Shown here piece by piece: positions 49,309 to 59,555 of a DNA stretch of 64,000 nucleotides. The notes under the pieces are model-generated. The model was not told the DNA's origin and made no database searches. It worked only from the letters and a program-made list of their open reading frames with translations. The stretch is taken from assembly GCA_963835305.1 (NCBI GenBank), contig CAWIEU010000003.1, positions 41,353 to 105,352 on the forward strand, given 5' to 3'. Source of the DNA: an uncultured delta proteobacterium. GTDB taxonomy: Bacteria; Desulfobacterota; Desulfobulbia; Desulfobulbales; Desulfocapsaceae. The position numbers and the translations under genes are program-made. Numbering within the stretch: position 1 is the first letter of the stretch; each line of letters opens with the position of its first letter.

Positions 49309-51162
49309 TTAGTTTACACATTCGTTTGCCAGGGGAAGAAGAACACGAAATTCCGTATACTGACCGGTAACACTGCTCAATTCTATCCTGCCGCCATGTT
49401 CTTCAACGATTTTGGCAGACATGGCAAGGCCCAGTCCGGTACCGTCGTTTTTCGTCGTAAAATAGGGATCGAACACCCGATTCAGGTTTTCCGGCTCAAT
49501 GCCTGTCCCATTATCCCTGATTATGATTTTTATTACACTCTGGTCACTTTCCGTCCGTACCGTCAAGTCCCCTCCATGCTCCATGGCCTGTATCGCATTC
49601 AGGAAAAGGTTCAGGAACACCTGATTCATTTTGTCCTTATCGACTAAAATCCGGGGAAGATGCTCATCCGTCTTGAGATGTATCGAGACACCGAAAGACT
49701 CTGCGTCCACCTGGACGAGCGAAATAGTTTTCCCTATGATTTCCTGGATTGAGGCGTCTTCCCGCCTGAGTTGTCCCGGTTTGGCGTAATCGAGCAGCTC
49801 TCCGATGCCGCGGTTGAGCCTTTCAACTTCTTTGACGAGAATATCGGCGGTTTCCGCCTCTTTACTGGGAATGGAGAAGTTTGCCTTTAACAAAACGGCG
49901 AGCCCTTTGATGGAGCTCAACGGATTGCGTAGTTCATGGGCCACGCCGGCGGCCATTTTACCAAGCGCCGCCAAGCGCTCATTACGCTGCAATTCCCTTT
50001 CCAAACCCTTTACCTGCGTCAGGTCCCTGATAAGAAGCACCTCTCCGGCAAACTCATCATTATGGTCAAGTACGACCATTGAAGCAAGCTGCAATGTCCT
50101 GTCATTTTTCACCGGCAGAGTCAGCTGGATTTCAGTCTGGCGTACGATCTGTCCATCCGGATGATTGCCGGAAAACATTTGCGCCAATTCTTTCGACAGG
50201 CAAGACTCCGGCTTTTCGCCTATTATTCCATCTTCGTCAAAACCGATGAGTTCTCTCGCCGAACCATTATAAACCCGGATGGCCCCACTGCTATCGGTCG
50301 CAATCAGACCAATCGGCAGAGAGGATATCAGGATATCGGTAAATGCCCTCATTTTCCCAAGTCGCAGCTGCGAGCCTTTCAATCCCTTCAAGGTCGCAAA
50401 GGCCAAAGTCCCGCCTATTCCGACAAGAATGATCACTACAAGCAGGATAATAATTTGCAGGAGCTGCCGCTTCAGCGGAGAATTGAACTGCTCGAAATCC
50501 AGCTGAACAACATAAATGGGTTTGCGAGCAAACAGCCTCTCCATCTCCTCCTGAACCATATGAAATTGAGGGTGTTCACTGAACATGCGCATCATCTGGC
50601 CTCTCCGGGGGCGGTTACCATCAGGCGGAGGCCCATGCATACCATCTCTCATGTTTGGAGGCAGATACCAGGAGGCGATCTGGAACTTGCGCTTATAGCC
50701 CTGAGCGTTTTTGATTATGCGCGTGACATATCTGGCTGAACCATTAGCCTTCAGGATATCGACAAGCGACATGCTCTCTGCATCGATCCTGTCTTTGGGT
50801 GCATTTGTTCCGGCCTCGGACAAGATGTTGCCGGCGGAATCCACCAGCAGAACAGATTCCACGCCGGGCTGCTCGGCAGCCTGCTGCATTGCCGCCTGCA
50901 TGTATTTTTCCCAGCTATTCCACTGTTGGGTTGAGCGGAGATTGTCCCGTATCGATTCCCGCACGGAACTATTGATAAAACGCATTAAGGTGAGGCCCTT
51001 TTGTGCGAGCGCCTCAACGATCAACTCCTTTTCCCGCTGATAATTACTTACGGCGAATATTGTGAGGAGTATCAACAACAAAGTACATGCTGTTGCCAGT
51101 AGCCAGGGTGAGAGATTAAGCAGCAGATGACCCTTTTTTTCAACCTTTTGCGGTTTCATCAT
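49309..51162 (-). CDS. Membrane sensor histidine kinase (ZraS/AtoS-like: two TM helices, PAS, HisKA, HATPase)
   Basis: AAGVAHELRNPL, NLFLNAIQAM, DNGTG, FDPYFTTK and GTGLGL motifs. Confidence 0.9.
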   Translation of the reverse strand: MMKPQKVEKKGHLLLNLSPWLLATACTLLLILLTIFAVSNYQREKELIVEALAQKGLTLMRFINSSVRESIRDNLRSTQQWNSWEKYMQAAMQQAAEQPGVESVLLVDSAGNILSEAGTNAPKDRIDAESMSLVDILKANGSARYVTRIIKNAQGYKRKFQIASWYLPPNMRDGMHGPPPDGNRPRRGQMMRMFSEHPQFHMVQEEMERLFARKPIYVVQLDFEQFNSPLKRQLLQIIILLVVIILVGIGGTLAFATLKGLKGSQLRLGKMRAFTDILISSLPIGLIATDSSGAIRVYNGSARELIGFDEDGIIGEKPESCLSKELAQMFSGNHPDGQIVRQTEIQLTLPVKNDRTLQLASMVVLDHNDEFAGEVLLIRDLTQVKGLERELQRNERLAALGKMAAGVAHELRNPLSSIKGLAVLLKANFSIPSKEAETADILVKEVERLNRGIGELLDYAKPGQLRREDASIQEIIGKTISLVQVDAESFGVSIHLKTDEHLPRILVDKDKMNQVFLNLFLNAIQAMEHGGDLTVRTESDQSVIKIIIRDNGTGIEPENLNRVFDPYFTTKNDGTGLGLAMSAKIVEEHGGRIELSSVTGQYTEFRVLLPLANECVN

Positions 51163-52840
51163 AATTGGTGATTTTTTCCAGGATTACCTTGGAAATCATA
51201 TAAGTTGATTCTATTCCTTCATCCCCCATCGGCCCGGAGGCCAGTGTCTGTCCCGAAATCATCGGATTATCCGATGCATAATACGCATATCTTATTTTTA
51301 TATCGAAGGGAATGTGTCCCTGAATTTTCGCTCCGCTTATCGCCCTTTGAAAATGTCCTCCTTCCATCTCCAGGCCTACAGCCCGCCAATTGGATGAATG
51401 AAAACGTTCCAATACGTCGCGGTTTTGCAGGGAGGTCCCCAATACCGTCACCATCGGGCCGACATAGACATCCACCGAATCAGCAAAATCGCCGCGGCAG
51501 AGATCGTTGTCGATAATATAATTATCAGCTGTTCCCTCAATGACATGGGCGGTGGCAAGCATGATATCACCTCTTTTGCCCGGCAATACTCCCGCTTTTC
51601 CCATTATGGAAATCGATTTAATATTGAGTGAGATCTCTTGGCCGTCATAACGGAAAGGCGTTAGCAATTCATCCATAATATCAAAGGCTTGTGTCCCAAA
51701 AGCGTAATCAATCACCAGCATGACCGGCGCCGTTTCCTGCATGAGTTCATAATTAATTTTCAAAAAGGGGTGAATATGATTTTTCTTGACGAGGGAGAGA
51801 TCGATAATATTAACATCAATATTTGAGCCCGAGTTATCCTGCTGATAGATAAAACCATGATCTTTTGCGAATGCATCCATGGCTACTTCCTTGTCCCGAA
51901 CCGCCCTGACCATGTCATAGATATTATCAGGAACATTTTCCCCCGCTTCCACCAGAACCTTGGGACCGAAAAGCAAATTTCTCATGGAATGCATGTTGGC
52001 ACTGACCACATGAATGGGTCGAAACTGAAAGTCCATTTGACATAATGACTCTTTCAGATTTTTGGCCCAGAGAGAGGCATACTTTTGATGGTCGATCATT
52101 TCGTGCAGCGAGGGAGTGAAATAGACCGTGAGTTCGTTATTCGCTAAGGTCTGCTCTGCCATAATCCGTTTGCCGATGCCGTATATTATGTTGAACAGCC
52201 CGTTGTTGGTATCATGTTCCCGCCGGTTTCTCTCAATGTAATCGTAAGTTTCCCGCGTCTCTTTGTAGGTTCGTCCAAGAATAATCGAAAGGTTCCATAT
52301 AGCCTGTTCCAGGTCTTCATTTTCCAGGAGACTATCACTTGCCACAACCTTTTCCAGTTCCGCCCATTCCGAGCTTATTCCTTCAACTCTGTTGTACGCC
52401 TGCTGGTAGATCTTCTGTGCTTCGATGTTCAAAAAAGTTATATGCGTCAGAATATCATAGATCTCACTCTTGCCGGTGGTGATAACGAAACAAAACTCAT
52501 TTTCAGAAACTGCATAGGAAACCCTGCGTCTCTTTAACGGCACGATTTTGGCAAAAGATGTATTCTGAAAATCCTCCTGCGCAGTGAGAATGATCCTGGT
52601 ACAATTTTCAATACCCTTCGGCATCCTGTCAACTACATATTCGAGGCCCTTGAGTTCGACGATCCGGCTGTCCGCCATTGAACCGTAGATTTCCGGACTG
52701 AGCTGTTTCAAAGCCTCCGCCAGCTTTTCACCGATTTTCCCCGATGGCTTATATGCCCCCTGAAGTGGTAAGGAATCCGCGAGAGTCTTGAAGATTCGTA
52801 TGGCGTGTCTCGCCTTCTGAGATTTGGACAATTCCTGCAT
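51140..52840 (-). CDS. DUF6909-like protein with a C-terminal nucleoside phosphorylase/nucleosidase-like segment
   Basis: PEIYGS, SEIYDILTHITF, SANMHS, DYAFG, MGKAG...GDI, VLGTSLQN, LEMEGGH and YYASDNP motifs; family name recalled, not searched. Confidence 0.65.
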   Translation of the reverse strand: MQELSKSQKARHAIRIFKTLADSLPLQGAYKPSGKIGEKLAEALKQLSPEIYGSMADSRIVELKGLEYVVDRMPKGIENCTRIILTAQEDFQNTSFAKIVPLKRRRVSYAVSENEFCFVITTGKSEIYDILTHITFLNIEAQKIYQQAYNRVEGISSEWAELEKVVASDSLLENEDLEQAIWNLSIILGRTYKETRETYDYIERNRREHDTNNGLFNIIYGIGKRIMAEQTLANNELTVYFTPSLHEMIDHQKYASLWAKNLKESLCQMDFQFRPIHVVSANMHSMRNLLFGPKVLVEAGENVPDNIYDMVRAVRDKEVAMDAFAKDHGFIYQQDNSGSNIDVNIIDLSLVKKNHIHPFLKINYELMQETAPVMLVIDYAFGTQAFDIMDELLTPFRYDGQEISLNIKSISIMGKAGVLPGKRGDIMLATAHVIEGTADNYIIDNDLCRGDFADSVDVYVGPMVTVLGTSLQNRDVLERFHSSNWRAVGLEMEGGHFQRAISGAKIQGHIPFDIKIRYAYYASDNPMISGQTLASGPMGDEGIESTYMISKVILEKITNYDETAKG

Positions 52841-52875
52841 TATTTCTCCTTGTCATTTACCAATCTGCAATCATT

Positions 52876-52969
52876 GATGGGCTCATAAAAAGCCCGATCT
52901 ACAACGACGTAGATCGGGCTTTTTATGAGCCCATCTCAGCAACTTTGATGACTTTTTATGAAGATCATC
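52876..52969. mobile_element. Rearranged subfamily-A MITE derivative forming a perfect 27-bp palindrome
   Basis: GATGGGCTCATAAAAAGCCCGATCTAC-aacgac-exact reverse complement (52876-52935), followed by the inverted A left end. Confidence 0.75.
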
Positions 52970-53169
52970 ATTAATGATATCCTGTATTATACATTTCATG
53001 AAACAAAAACACCTCTCCCGATAGGAGTGAAACGCTTGTGCACAAAAAAAAATCCCGCTTTTTCAGGCAGGCAAAAGAGAAAGAAAAAATTGAGGGCGGG
53101 AAAAATCTTTAAAATCTGGATGCGCTGAAATTTCTCTGTTAAATGAAAAAACTCAGCTGAATTTCTATG

Positions 53170-53754
53170 CTACACTGTGAGAAATCCATTGAGAACGTTG
53201 ATCAGTTGTTCCCGGCCCTGGCCGGTTTTTGAAGAAAACAACACTCTCTCCGAGGCATGGAAAGTGTGGCCGGCATCAAGAAGCCTGGCGTTTTTTTCCC
53301 TGATGCTCCCGGAAACTTTATCGATTTTGGTATAGACGGGGAGACAGGGAATCGAATTTTGCTTCAGCCACTGGATCAACTGGGTATCCTGGATCTTCGG
53401 TTCATGTCGAATGTCCATGATGACGACAACACATTTGAGTGTTTCCCGCTGTTCCAGGTAGGATGAGATCAAAGATTGCCAATTGTTCTGCATCACCCTG
53501 GGGACTTTGGCAAAACCATAGCCGGGCAGATCTACCAGAAAAAAATGTTCACCCACCCGAAAAAAGTTCAATCCTTGAGTCTTTCCGGGCCGGGCGCTGA
53601 CCTTGACTAAATTTTTGCGTCCGGTCAGCGTATTGATAAGACTTGATTTGCCAACATTCGATCGGCCGGCAAAAGCTATTTCCGGCAGCTCCAGCGGAGG
53701 AAGCTGTTTGAGATTGTGCACACTCAGGAGAAATTCAACCTTGGAAAAATCCAT
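53170..53754 (-). CDS. engB: Ribosome biogenesis GTP-binding protein YihA/YsxC
   Basis: GRSNVGKSS, PGKT, DLPGYG and TKID motifs; probable start MDFSKVEF at 53754. Confidence 0.93.
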   Translation of the reverse strand: MDFSKVEFLLSVHNLKQLPPLELPEIAFAGRSNVGKSSLINTLTGRKNLVKVSARPGKTQGLNFFRVGEHFFLVDLPGYGFAKVPRVMQNNWQSLISSYLEQRETLKCVVVIMDIRHEPKIQDTQLIQWLKQNSIPCLPVYTKIDKVSGSIREKNARLLDAGHTFHASERVLFSSKTGQGREQLINVLNGFLTV

Positions 53755-53815
53755 CTTTCTTACCTTGTCTAAATGAGACGATAAATAAAGCACCCACAAG
53801 CAGGAGGATAGGCGT

Positions 53816-53841
53816 GTAGGGGCGGGTTCTAAACCCGCCCT
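53816..53841. repeat. GTAG-type REP-like palindrome
   Basis: GTAG followed by GGGCGGGTTctaAACCCGCCC. Confidence 0.75.
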
Positions 53842-53899
53842 CCCCGCACATCGATCTACTCGTAGGCATATGAGGTGCTTATGAACGTTAGCAATAATT

Positions 53900-54775
53900 T
53901 CATGGAATGATTTTATTCAAGGCATATTCAATGATTCCTTCCGCGCCGATTTTCTTTAATTGAGGAATAAGATCCCTGACTATATCTTCGGAAACGACGG
54001 TTTCAACCGAATACCAGTCCTGATTATACAGGCTTGCCACGGTAGGGGCATTGAGAGACGGCAGGATGGCGACGATATCATCCAGTTTATCCCCGGCAAC
54101 GTTCATTTTCAGTCCGACAATCCTGTCCGCGTTCAAAGCCCCCTGCAGCAGCAAAGCGATGTTTTCGATTTTCTCGCGTTTCCAGGGATCATTCCAGGCA
54201 TCTTTATTGGCAATGAATTGTGTATTGGACTGCATCAACTCATGGATGATCCGCAACCCATGTGCCCGGATAGTGCTTTCGGTTTCCGTCACCTCAACTA
54301 TGGCATCGGCCAGGCCGGAGACAACTTTTGCTTCCGTCGCCCCCCAGGAAAACTCAATTTCCACGTTAATGTTTTTATCTGCGAAAAATCTTTTGGTGAC
54401 ATTGACCAACTCGGTGGAAATCTTTTTGCCTTCGAGATCTTCAATGGTTTTAATGTCGGAATCACCCGCGACGGCAATAACCCACCGAGTCGGTCTCTTG
54501 CTCACCTTGGAATAGACTAAATCACAGACCAGGATGGTATCCGACAAGTTTTCCATGGTCCAGTCTTTCCCGGTGATCCCGGCATCGAGTAGCCCGTCTT
54601 CCACATAACGGGACATCTCCTGGGGCCGGCAGATTGAACAATCCAGTTCCGGATCGTCAATTTTAGGAAAATAGTTCCTGGCTGCAGGCTTAATAAGCCA
54701 TCCAGCCTTTTCAAAAAGCTCGATTGTAGCCTTCTCCAGACTGCCTTTCGGCAATCCCAATTTCAACTGATCCAT
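53900..54775 (-). CDS. hisG: ATP phosphoribosyltransferase, long form
   Basis: [31 protein letters not shown] and C-terminal regulatory domain. Confidence 0.95.
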   Translation of the reverse strand: MDQLKLGLPKGSLEKATIELFEKAGWLIKPAARNYFPKIDDPELDCSICRPQEMSRYVEDGLLDAGITGKDWTMENLSDTILVCDLVYSKVSKRPTRWVIAVAGDSDIKTIEDLEGKKISTELVNVTKRFFADKNINVEIEFSWGATEAKVVSGLADAIVEVTETESTIRAHGLRIIHELMQSNTQFIANKDAWNDPWKREKIENIALLLQGALNADRIVGLKMNVAGDKLDDIVAILPSLNAPTVASLYNQDWYSVETVVSEDIVRDLIPQLKKIGAEGIIEYALNKIIP

Positions 54776-54919
54776 CGTAAAATCTCCTGCAGCTTCAAAT
54801 CATCTGGTAAAAGAAGTAAAAAGTGATAAAAAAAAGGTTTTCGTAAATTTTATTTTTATATCCGTTTACCCTGCATAACAAAGTGTTCGCAAAACGCTTC
54901 TCAGGTATGTAAACGTTGT

Positions 54920-55303
54920 CTATTTTGTCCCGTAGACGACACTCGGGTCAAAGACCTTTTGCTCGCTTGTAACAAGCCGGTCGCCGTCAAGCCGTCGGTA
55001 GAAACAGGACCGATGACCGGTATGACATGCTGCGCCGCCCAGTTGTTCAACCTTGTATATGATTGTATCGTCGTCGCAATCCACCAGAATCTGATGGATG
55101 ATCTGCACATGACCGGAGGTTTCACCCTTAAGCCACAGTTTATTTCTTGAGCGGCTCCAGTAATGCGCCTTGCCGGTTTCCAGGGTTTTTCCCCAGGCCG
55201 CTTCATTTATATAGGCGAGCATGAGCACTTCATTGGTCCGGTAATCCTGCACAATTGCCGGTAAAAGCCCATCGGTGGTTTTAGCGAAATTCAATGGTAT
55301 CAT
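54920..55303 (-). CDS. hisI: Phosphoribosyl-AMP cyclohydrolase
   Basis: [20 protein letters not shown] and [10 protein letters not shown] motifs. Confidence 0.95.
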   Translation of the reverse strand: MIPLNFAKTTDGLLPAIVQDYRTNEVLMLAYINEAAWGKTLETGKAHYWSRSRNKLWLKGETSGHVQIIHQILVDCDDDTIIYKVEQLGGAACHTGHRSCFYRRLDGDRLVTSEQKVFDPSVVYGTK

Positions 55304-55668
55304 GGTAATTGATAGGTTTTGTTTGGTACGATTATTCTTCAGAGTTCAAACCGAAAAGAGGTCTAAACTAGACAGCTCTTTGAGCTTTGTCAAGACAGAG
55401 TCGCTGTTTTTGCAGTTATTATGGTATCTGCTTGCAAAATATCGAGCATCTCCTATATTATGCCACTCAATTTCATAATTTTAATACTATTTTTTACAGA
55501 GAATACCAAACCGGAATCGGGAATTTGCTTCCGAATCAAGACGTTCGATACATTTTATCTTGGCCATCTTTAATATTCCGAGAATAAAACTTAAGAACAA
55601 CGTAGAGTTACGAAAAAGCTCGGTTTCCGGAGAGGCACTGGATTGTCCTCAGCACAAGGAGTTCCACT

Positions 55669-56118
55669 ATGTCGCATCCCACACAAAACTCCAGGGTAGC
55701 ACTCGCTTTCACTGGCAAACTTGACAATGGCGAAGTTTTTATATCAATCGAAAAAGAGAATCCTCTTTACGTTCGGATAGGCAGCAGCGATCTTCCGCCC
55801 ACTGTAGAAGAAGCAATTCTCCAAATGAAAATCGGCGAACGCCGCAAAATTCGTATTCCTCCGGAAGAAGGTTTTGGTCCGCGGCAAAAGGCGCTGCTGC
55901 AAACTATAGACAATCAAAGCATGATTGACAAACTACAGCCGAAACCAGGGATGATTCTCTCCCTGAAAATTGACAAGGAAGGCGTCGAAGAGACGGTTCC
56001 GGCAACAGTGATTTCTGTCGAAGGATCCCAAGTCACGGTTGATTACAATCATCCGCTGGCCGGGCACCACTTGACCTACGACCTGACGTTGCTCGAAATT
56101 GGCAAAGATAACGATTGA
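55669..56118 (+). CDS. FKBP-type peptidyl-prolyl isomerase (SlyD/FkpB-like)
   Basis: IPPEEGFG and VDYNHPLAG motifs. Confidence 0.88.
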   Translation: MSHPTQNSRVALAFTGKLDNGEVFISIEKENPLYVRIGSSDLPPTVEEAILQMKIGERRKIRIPPEEGFGPRQKALLQTIDNQSMIDKLQPKPGMILSLKIDKEGVEETVPATVISVEGSQVTVDYNHPLAGHHLTYDLTLLEIGKDND

Positions 56119-56144
56119 GCAATTGTCAAATCTGGTCCAAATAA

Positions 56145-56191
56145 AAAATCGGTTCGGTAATGGGTTGCAAATTGATAACCGAACCGATTTT
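56145..56191 (+). terminator. Hairpin terminator downstream of the FKBP gene
   Basis: AAAATCGGTTCGGT-N19-ACCGAACCGATTTT inverted repeat. Confidence 0.6.
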
Positions 56192-56556
56192 CGTTAAATA
56201 GCCTCCTGGATTAATCACCCTGGTTTTTCCCTGTACTGATGGTGTTATGCCATTCTCCCTTCATTTCTTTGCATTGCCGATTCTCATTTCGCTTTATCCT
56301 CGATATTCTATTTTTGGCGCTAAGCAAGGAAAAACAAGGCAGTATTTTACTTTCACAAAAAATTTCCCAACAGAAGGAAAAATAGTGCGGAAGTACCAAA
56401 AACTCCTGTACATCGAAATGCCCGTATGTATAACCTGTACTAGTAGACCGGATTATTAACTAACACCCGACACGGGAGTATAAGAACTTTTGTACAGACT
56501 ATTGACTTGCGGAAACCAAGAAAAAAATCTGTGGTACTACATGCAGGGAGTGTTTT

Positions 56557-59457
56557 ATGGAAATTGAAGACGACGAAATATTACAGGGATTCATTGAAGA
56601 ATCACTGGAACACCTCGCGGATATCGAAAATGACCTTTTGGCGATTGAGGAGGGAGGCGCAAACATCGATGAAGATCTTGTGAACAAGGTTTTCCGTGCG
56701 GCCCACTCAATCAAAGGTGGTGCCGGATTCATGGGATTGACTACGATTCAGGATCTCTCCCATGCCGCGGAAAACGTGCTCGGCATGATTCGCAGCAAAA
56801 AGCTTATTCCCACTCCGGAAATAATCAATATTTTGTTGATTGCCATGGATCAGCTGCAGAGTTTGATTGAAGATGTCCAGAACAGCAATGATGTGGACAT
56901 TTCATCTCACCTGACGCCACTGAACGCTATAGCGGAAGGAACATTTTCCCAACCGGCCGAGGTAAAAAGCAAAGCTCCGAAGGAAAAAGTTACTGCGAAA
57001 GCTGTAGAGAAGCCGGAAGATCCTCAAGTACAGGAACCGGTTCTTAATCTGGATCCCGAACCGGAACCTGCAATCGAGGAACCGGCCGCAATCGAGGTCA
57101 CCGAGCCTGAAGAGGAACTCGATGAAGAGGAAGAGCCTCAACCGCGCAGCATGCAACCCCCTGCCTCCGCCGAATCGAACGCCGGATCCGCTGTGGCGAA
57201 ATCTCAACAATCTCCGCCTCCTAAAGCTGAAGCCTCGTTGAGAGTTCATGTCAGTCTGCTTGATTCTTTGATGAACCTGGCCGGAGAATTGGTCCTCAGC
57301 AGGAACCAGTTGCTGCAGACCATAGGCTCCGACGATATGCGAAACGCCGAGGCGGTCGGCCAGCGCATCGATCTTATCACCTCGGAGCTGCAGGAAGCGA
57401 TAATGCTCACCCGCATGCAGCCCATAGGTAACGTGTTCAATAAGTTCCCCAGGGTCGTACGGGATCTTTCCAGCAAGCTCCACAAAAAGATTGATCTCAC
57501 CATCGTCGGTAAGGATGTCGAACTCGATAAAACCATTATCGAAGCGATCAATGATCCATTGACCCATCTTGTTCGAAATTCGGTCGATCATGGCATCGAA
57601 ATGCCCGACGAACGCAAGAGATTGGGGAAGGCGGAGACAGGTCTTGTCGTGCTGAAGGCATATCACGAGGCAGGACAGGTTGTCATCGAGATCAGTGATG
57701 ACGGTAAAGGTCTGGACGGGGAAGCACTTGCCGCCAGTGCCGTCAATAAAGGTCTCATAACCAGCGAACAAGCGCTGGTTATGTCGGACAAAGAAAAGGT
57801 TAATTTAATTTTTCTGCCCGGTTTTTCCACCGCCGCGAAGGTAACCGATGTGTCCGGCCGCGGTGTTGGTATGGATGTGGTCAAGACGAACCTTGACCAG
57901 CTCGGCGGCAATGTCGATATCATCTCAGAAAAAGGTTCCGGCACCACAATTTCGATCAAGCTGCCGCTTACTCTGGCAATTATCCCTTGTCAGATTATCG
58001 AGACGGATGGAGAGCGCTACGCCATCCCACAGGTAAACCTGGAGGAGCTGCTGCGTATTCCCGCCAGTCAGGTGAAGGACAGGGTCGAAAGAGTCGGAGA
58101 CGCAGAGGTCGTCAGGTTGCGCGGAGTTTTGCTGCCTCTTATCCGGCTGGCCGATGTAATAGGTATCAAGAGGACCTATTACGATCCCGCAGCCGATGAA
58201 TATAAACCCGACAGAAGAGAAAGAATCGCTGATCGACGGGGCAAAAACTCTCCTCTTTTCAACAGTGGCAACGAAAGCCAAAATGAGGGTGCGGAAAGAA
58301 ACAGCGAACAGTCCAGATCGGTAATCGACAGGAGAACTTCCACCACCAGCGCACTCAATATCGTCGTCGTGTCCACAGGATCCATGAAATACGGACTGAT
58401 TGTCGACAGGCTGCAGGACTCCGAAGAGATCGTCATCAAACCTTTGGGCAGACATCTGCAACAGTGCAAGGGGTATGCAGGAGCAACGATTATGGGAGAT
58501 GGCCGGATCGCGCTGATTCTCGACGTCAGCAATCTGGCCCGAATGGCTCGTCTGACCTCCATCGACGGGTCAGATCGCGCATCGGAGGTCGCAAAAGCAG
58601 CGGAAGCCGCTATTAAGGCTACACACGACAAGCAATCTCTTCTTATCTTCAAGAATTCCGAGATCGAAAACTTCGCCGTTCCTCTCAATCAGGTTGAGAG
58701 AATTGAAAAAATCAAACGGTCGGATATCGAAGTACTCGGCGGAAAGCGGGTTATGAAATACCGTGGAGGAAGCCTCAGTCTCATCTGCGTAGATGATCTG
58801 GCCATGGTGCAGCCTCTCGCCGATCACGATGATCTTCTGGTTATCGTTTTCAATCTGGCCAAGCGATCCGTTGGTCTGCTGGCCATAGGGCCGATAGACG
58901 CCCTGGAGGTGAGTGCGGATATTGATGATACCACGCTCAGTCAACCGGGTATAATGGGTTCGATCATCATCAATGATCAAACAACCATGCTGGTTAATGT
59001 GTTTGAAATGGTTCAGAATCTTTTCCCTCAGTGGTTTCAGGAGCAGGAAAAATTTGAAGTAGAAGACGTCGAAAGTAGGGAAACTCCAACCATTCTCATC
59101 GCCGAGGATTCAAGATTTTTCCGGAACCAGGTCAAAGGCTACATGACCGAAGTCGGATACAATGTTATCGAGGCTGAAGACGGACTTGAGGGATGGGATA
59201 AGTTAATGGAATACGGCAGTGAAATTTCCATGCTGGTCACGGACATAGAGATGCCGAACATGAACGGCTTCGAGCTTACCAAAAAAATCCGCGGTGACAA
59301 CCAGTTTTCCCGACTTCCCATCATCGCCCTGACGACCTTGGCCTCGGCGGAGGATATGGCTAAAGGTAAGGAAGTCGGAGTAAACGAATATCACATCAAG
59401 CTCGATAAAGAGCGGCTCATGCTTTCGGTCCACGAATACATGAAAAAGAGCCATTAA
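56557..59457 (+). CDS. cheA: Hybrid chemotaxis kinase (Hpt, dimerisation, HATPase, two CheW domains, receiver)
   Basis: FRAAHSIKG, HLVRNSVDHG, DDGKG and VSGRGVGMDVVK motifs; two CheW-like domains; receiver AEDS...TDIEMP. Confidence 0.95.
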   Translation: MEIEDDEILQGFIEESLEHLADIENDLLAIEEGGANIDEDLVNKVFRAAHSIKGGAGFMGLTTIQDLSHAAENVLGMIRSKKLIPTPEIINILLIAMDQLQSLIEDVQNSNDVDISSHLTPLNAIAEGTFSQPAEVKSKAPKEKVTAKAVEKPEDPQVQEPVLNLDPEPEPAIEEPAAIEVTEPEEELDEEEEPQPRSMQPPASAESNAGSAVAKSQQSPPPKAEASLRVHVSLLDSLMNLAGELVLSRNQLLQTIGSDDMRNAEAVGQRIDLITSELQEAIMLTRMQPIGNVFNKFPRVVRDLSSKLHKKIDLTIVGKDVELDKTIIEAINDPLTHLVRNSVDHGIEMPDERKRLGKAETGLVVLKAYHEAGQVVIEISDDGKGLDGEALAASAVNKGLITSEQALVMSDKEKVNLIFLPGFSTAAKVTDVSGRGVGMDVVKTNLDQLGGNVDIISEKGSGTTISIKLPLTLAIIPCQIIETDGERYAIPQVNLEELLRIPASQVKDRVERVGDAEVVRLRGVLLPLIRLADVIGIKRTYYDPAADEYKPDRRERIADRRGKNSPLFNSGNESQNEGAERNSEQSRSVIDRRTSTTSALNIVVVSTGSMKYGLIVDRLQDSEEIVIKPLGRHLQQCKGYAGATIMGDGRIALILDVSNLARMARLTSIDGSDRASEVAKAAEAAIKATHDKQSLLIFKNSEIENFAVPLNQVERIEKIKRSDIEVLGGKRVMKYRGGSLSLICVDDLAMVQPLADHDDLLVIVFNLAKRSVGLLAIGPIDALEVSADIDDTTLSQPGIMGSIIINDQTTMLVNVFEMVQNLFPQWFQEQEKFEVEDVESRETPTILIAEDSRFFRNQVKGYMTEVGYNVIEAEDGLEGWDKLMEYGSEISMLVTDIEMPNMNGFELTKKIRGDNQFSRLPIIALTTLASAEDMAKGKEVGVNEYHIKLDKERLMLSVHEYMKKSH

Positions 59458-59555
59458 GAACTTGAAGAAAAAATGCCGCCTAGAGGTTGGAGAACCGTGT
59501 TGGGTCCCCAACCTCCAGAGGTTTATTACACAAGAAATAACCCAACGGAATTGAT

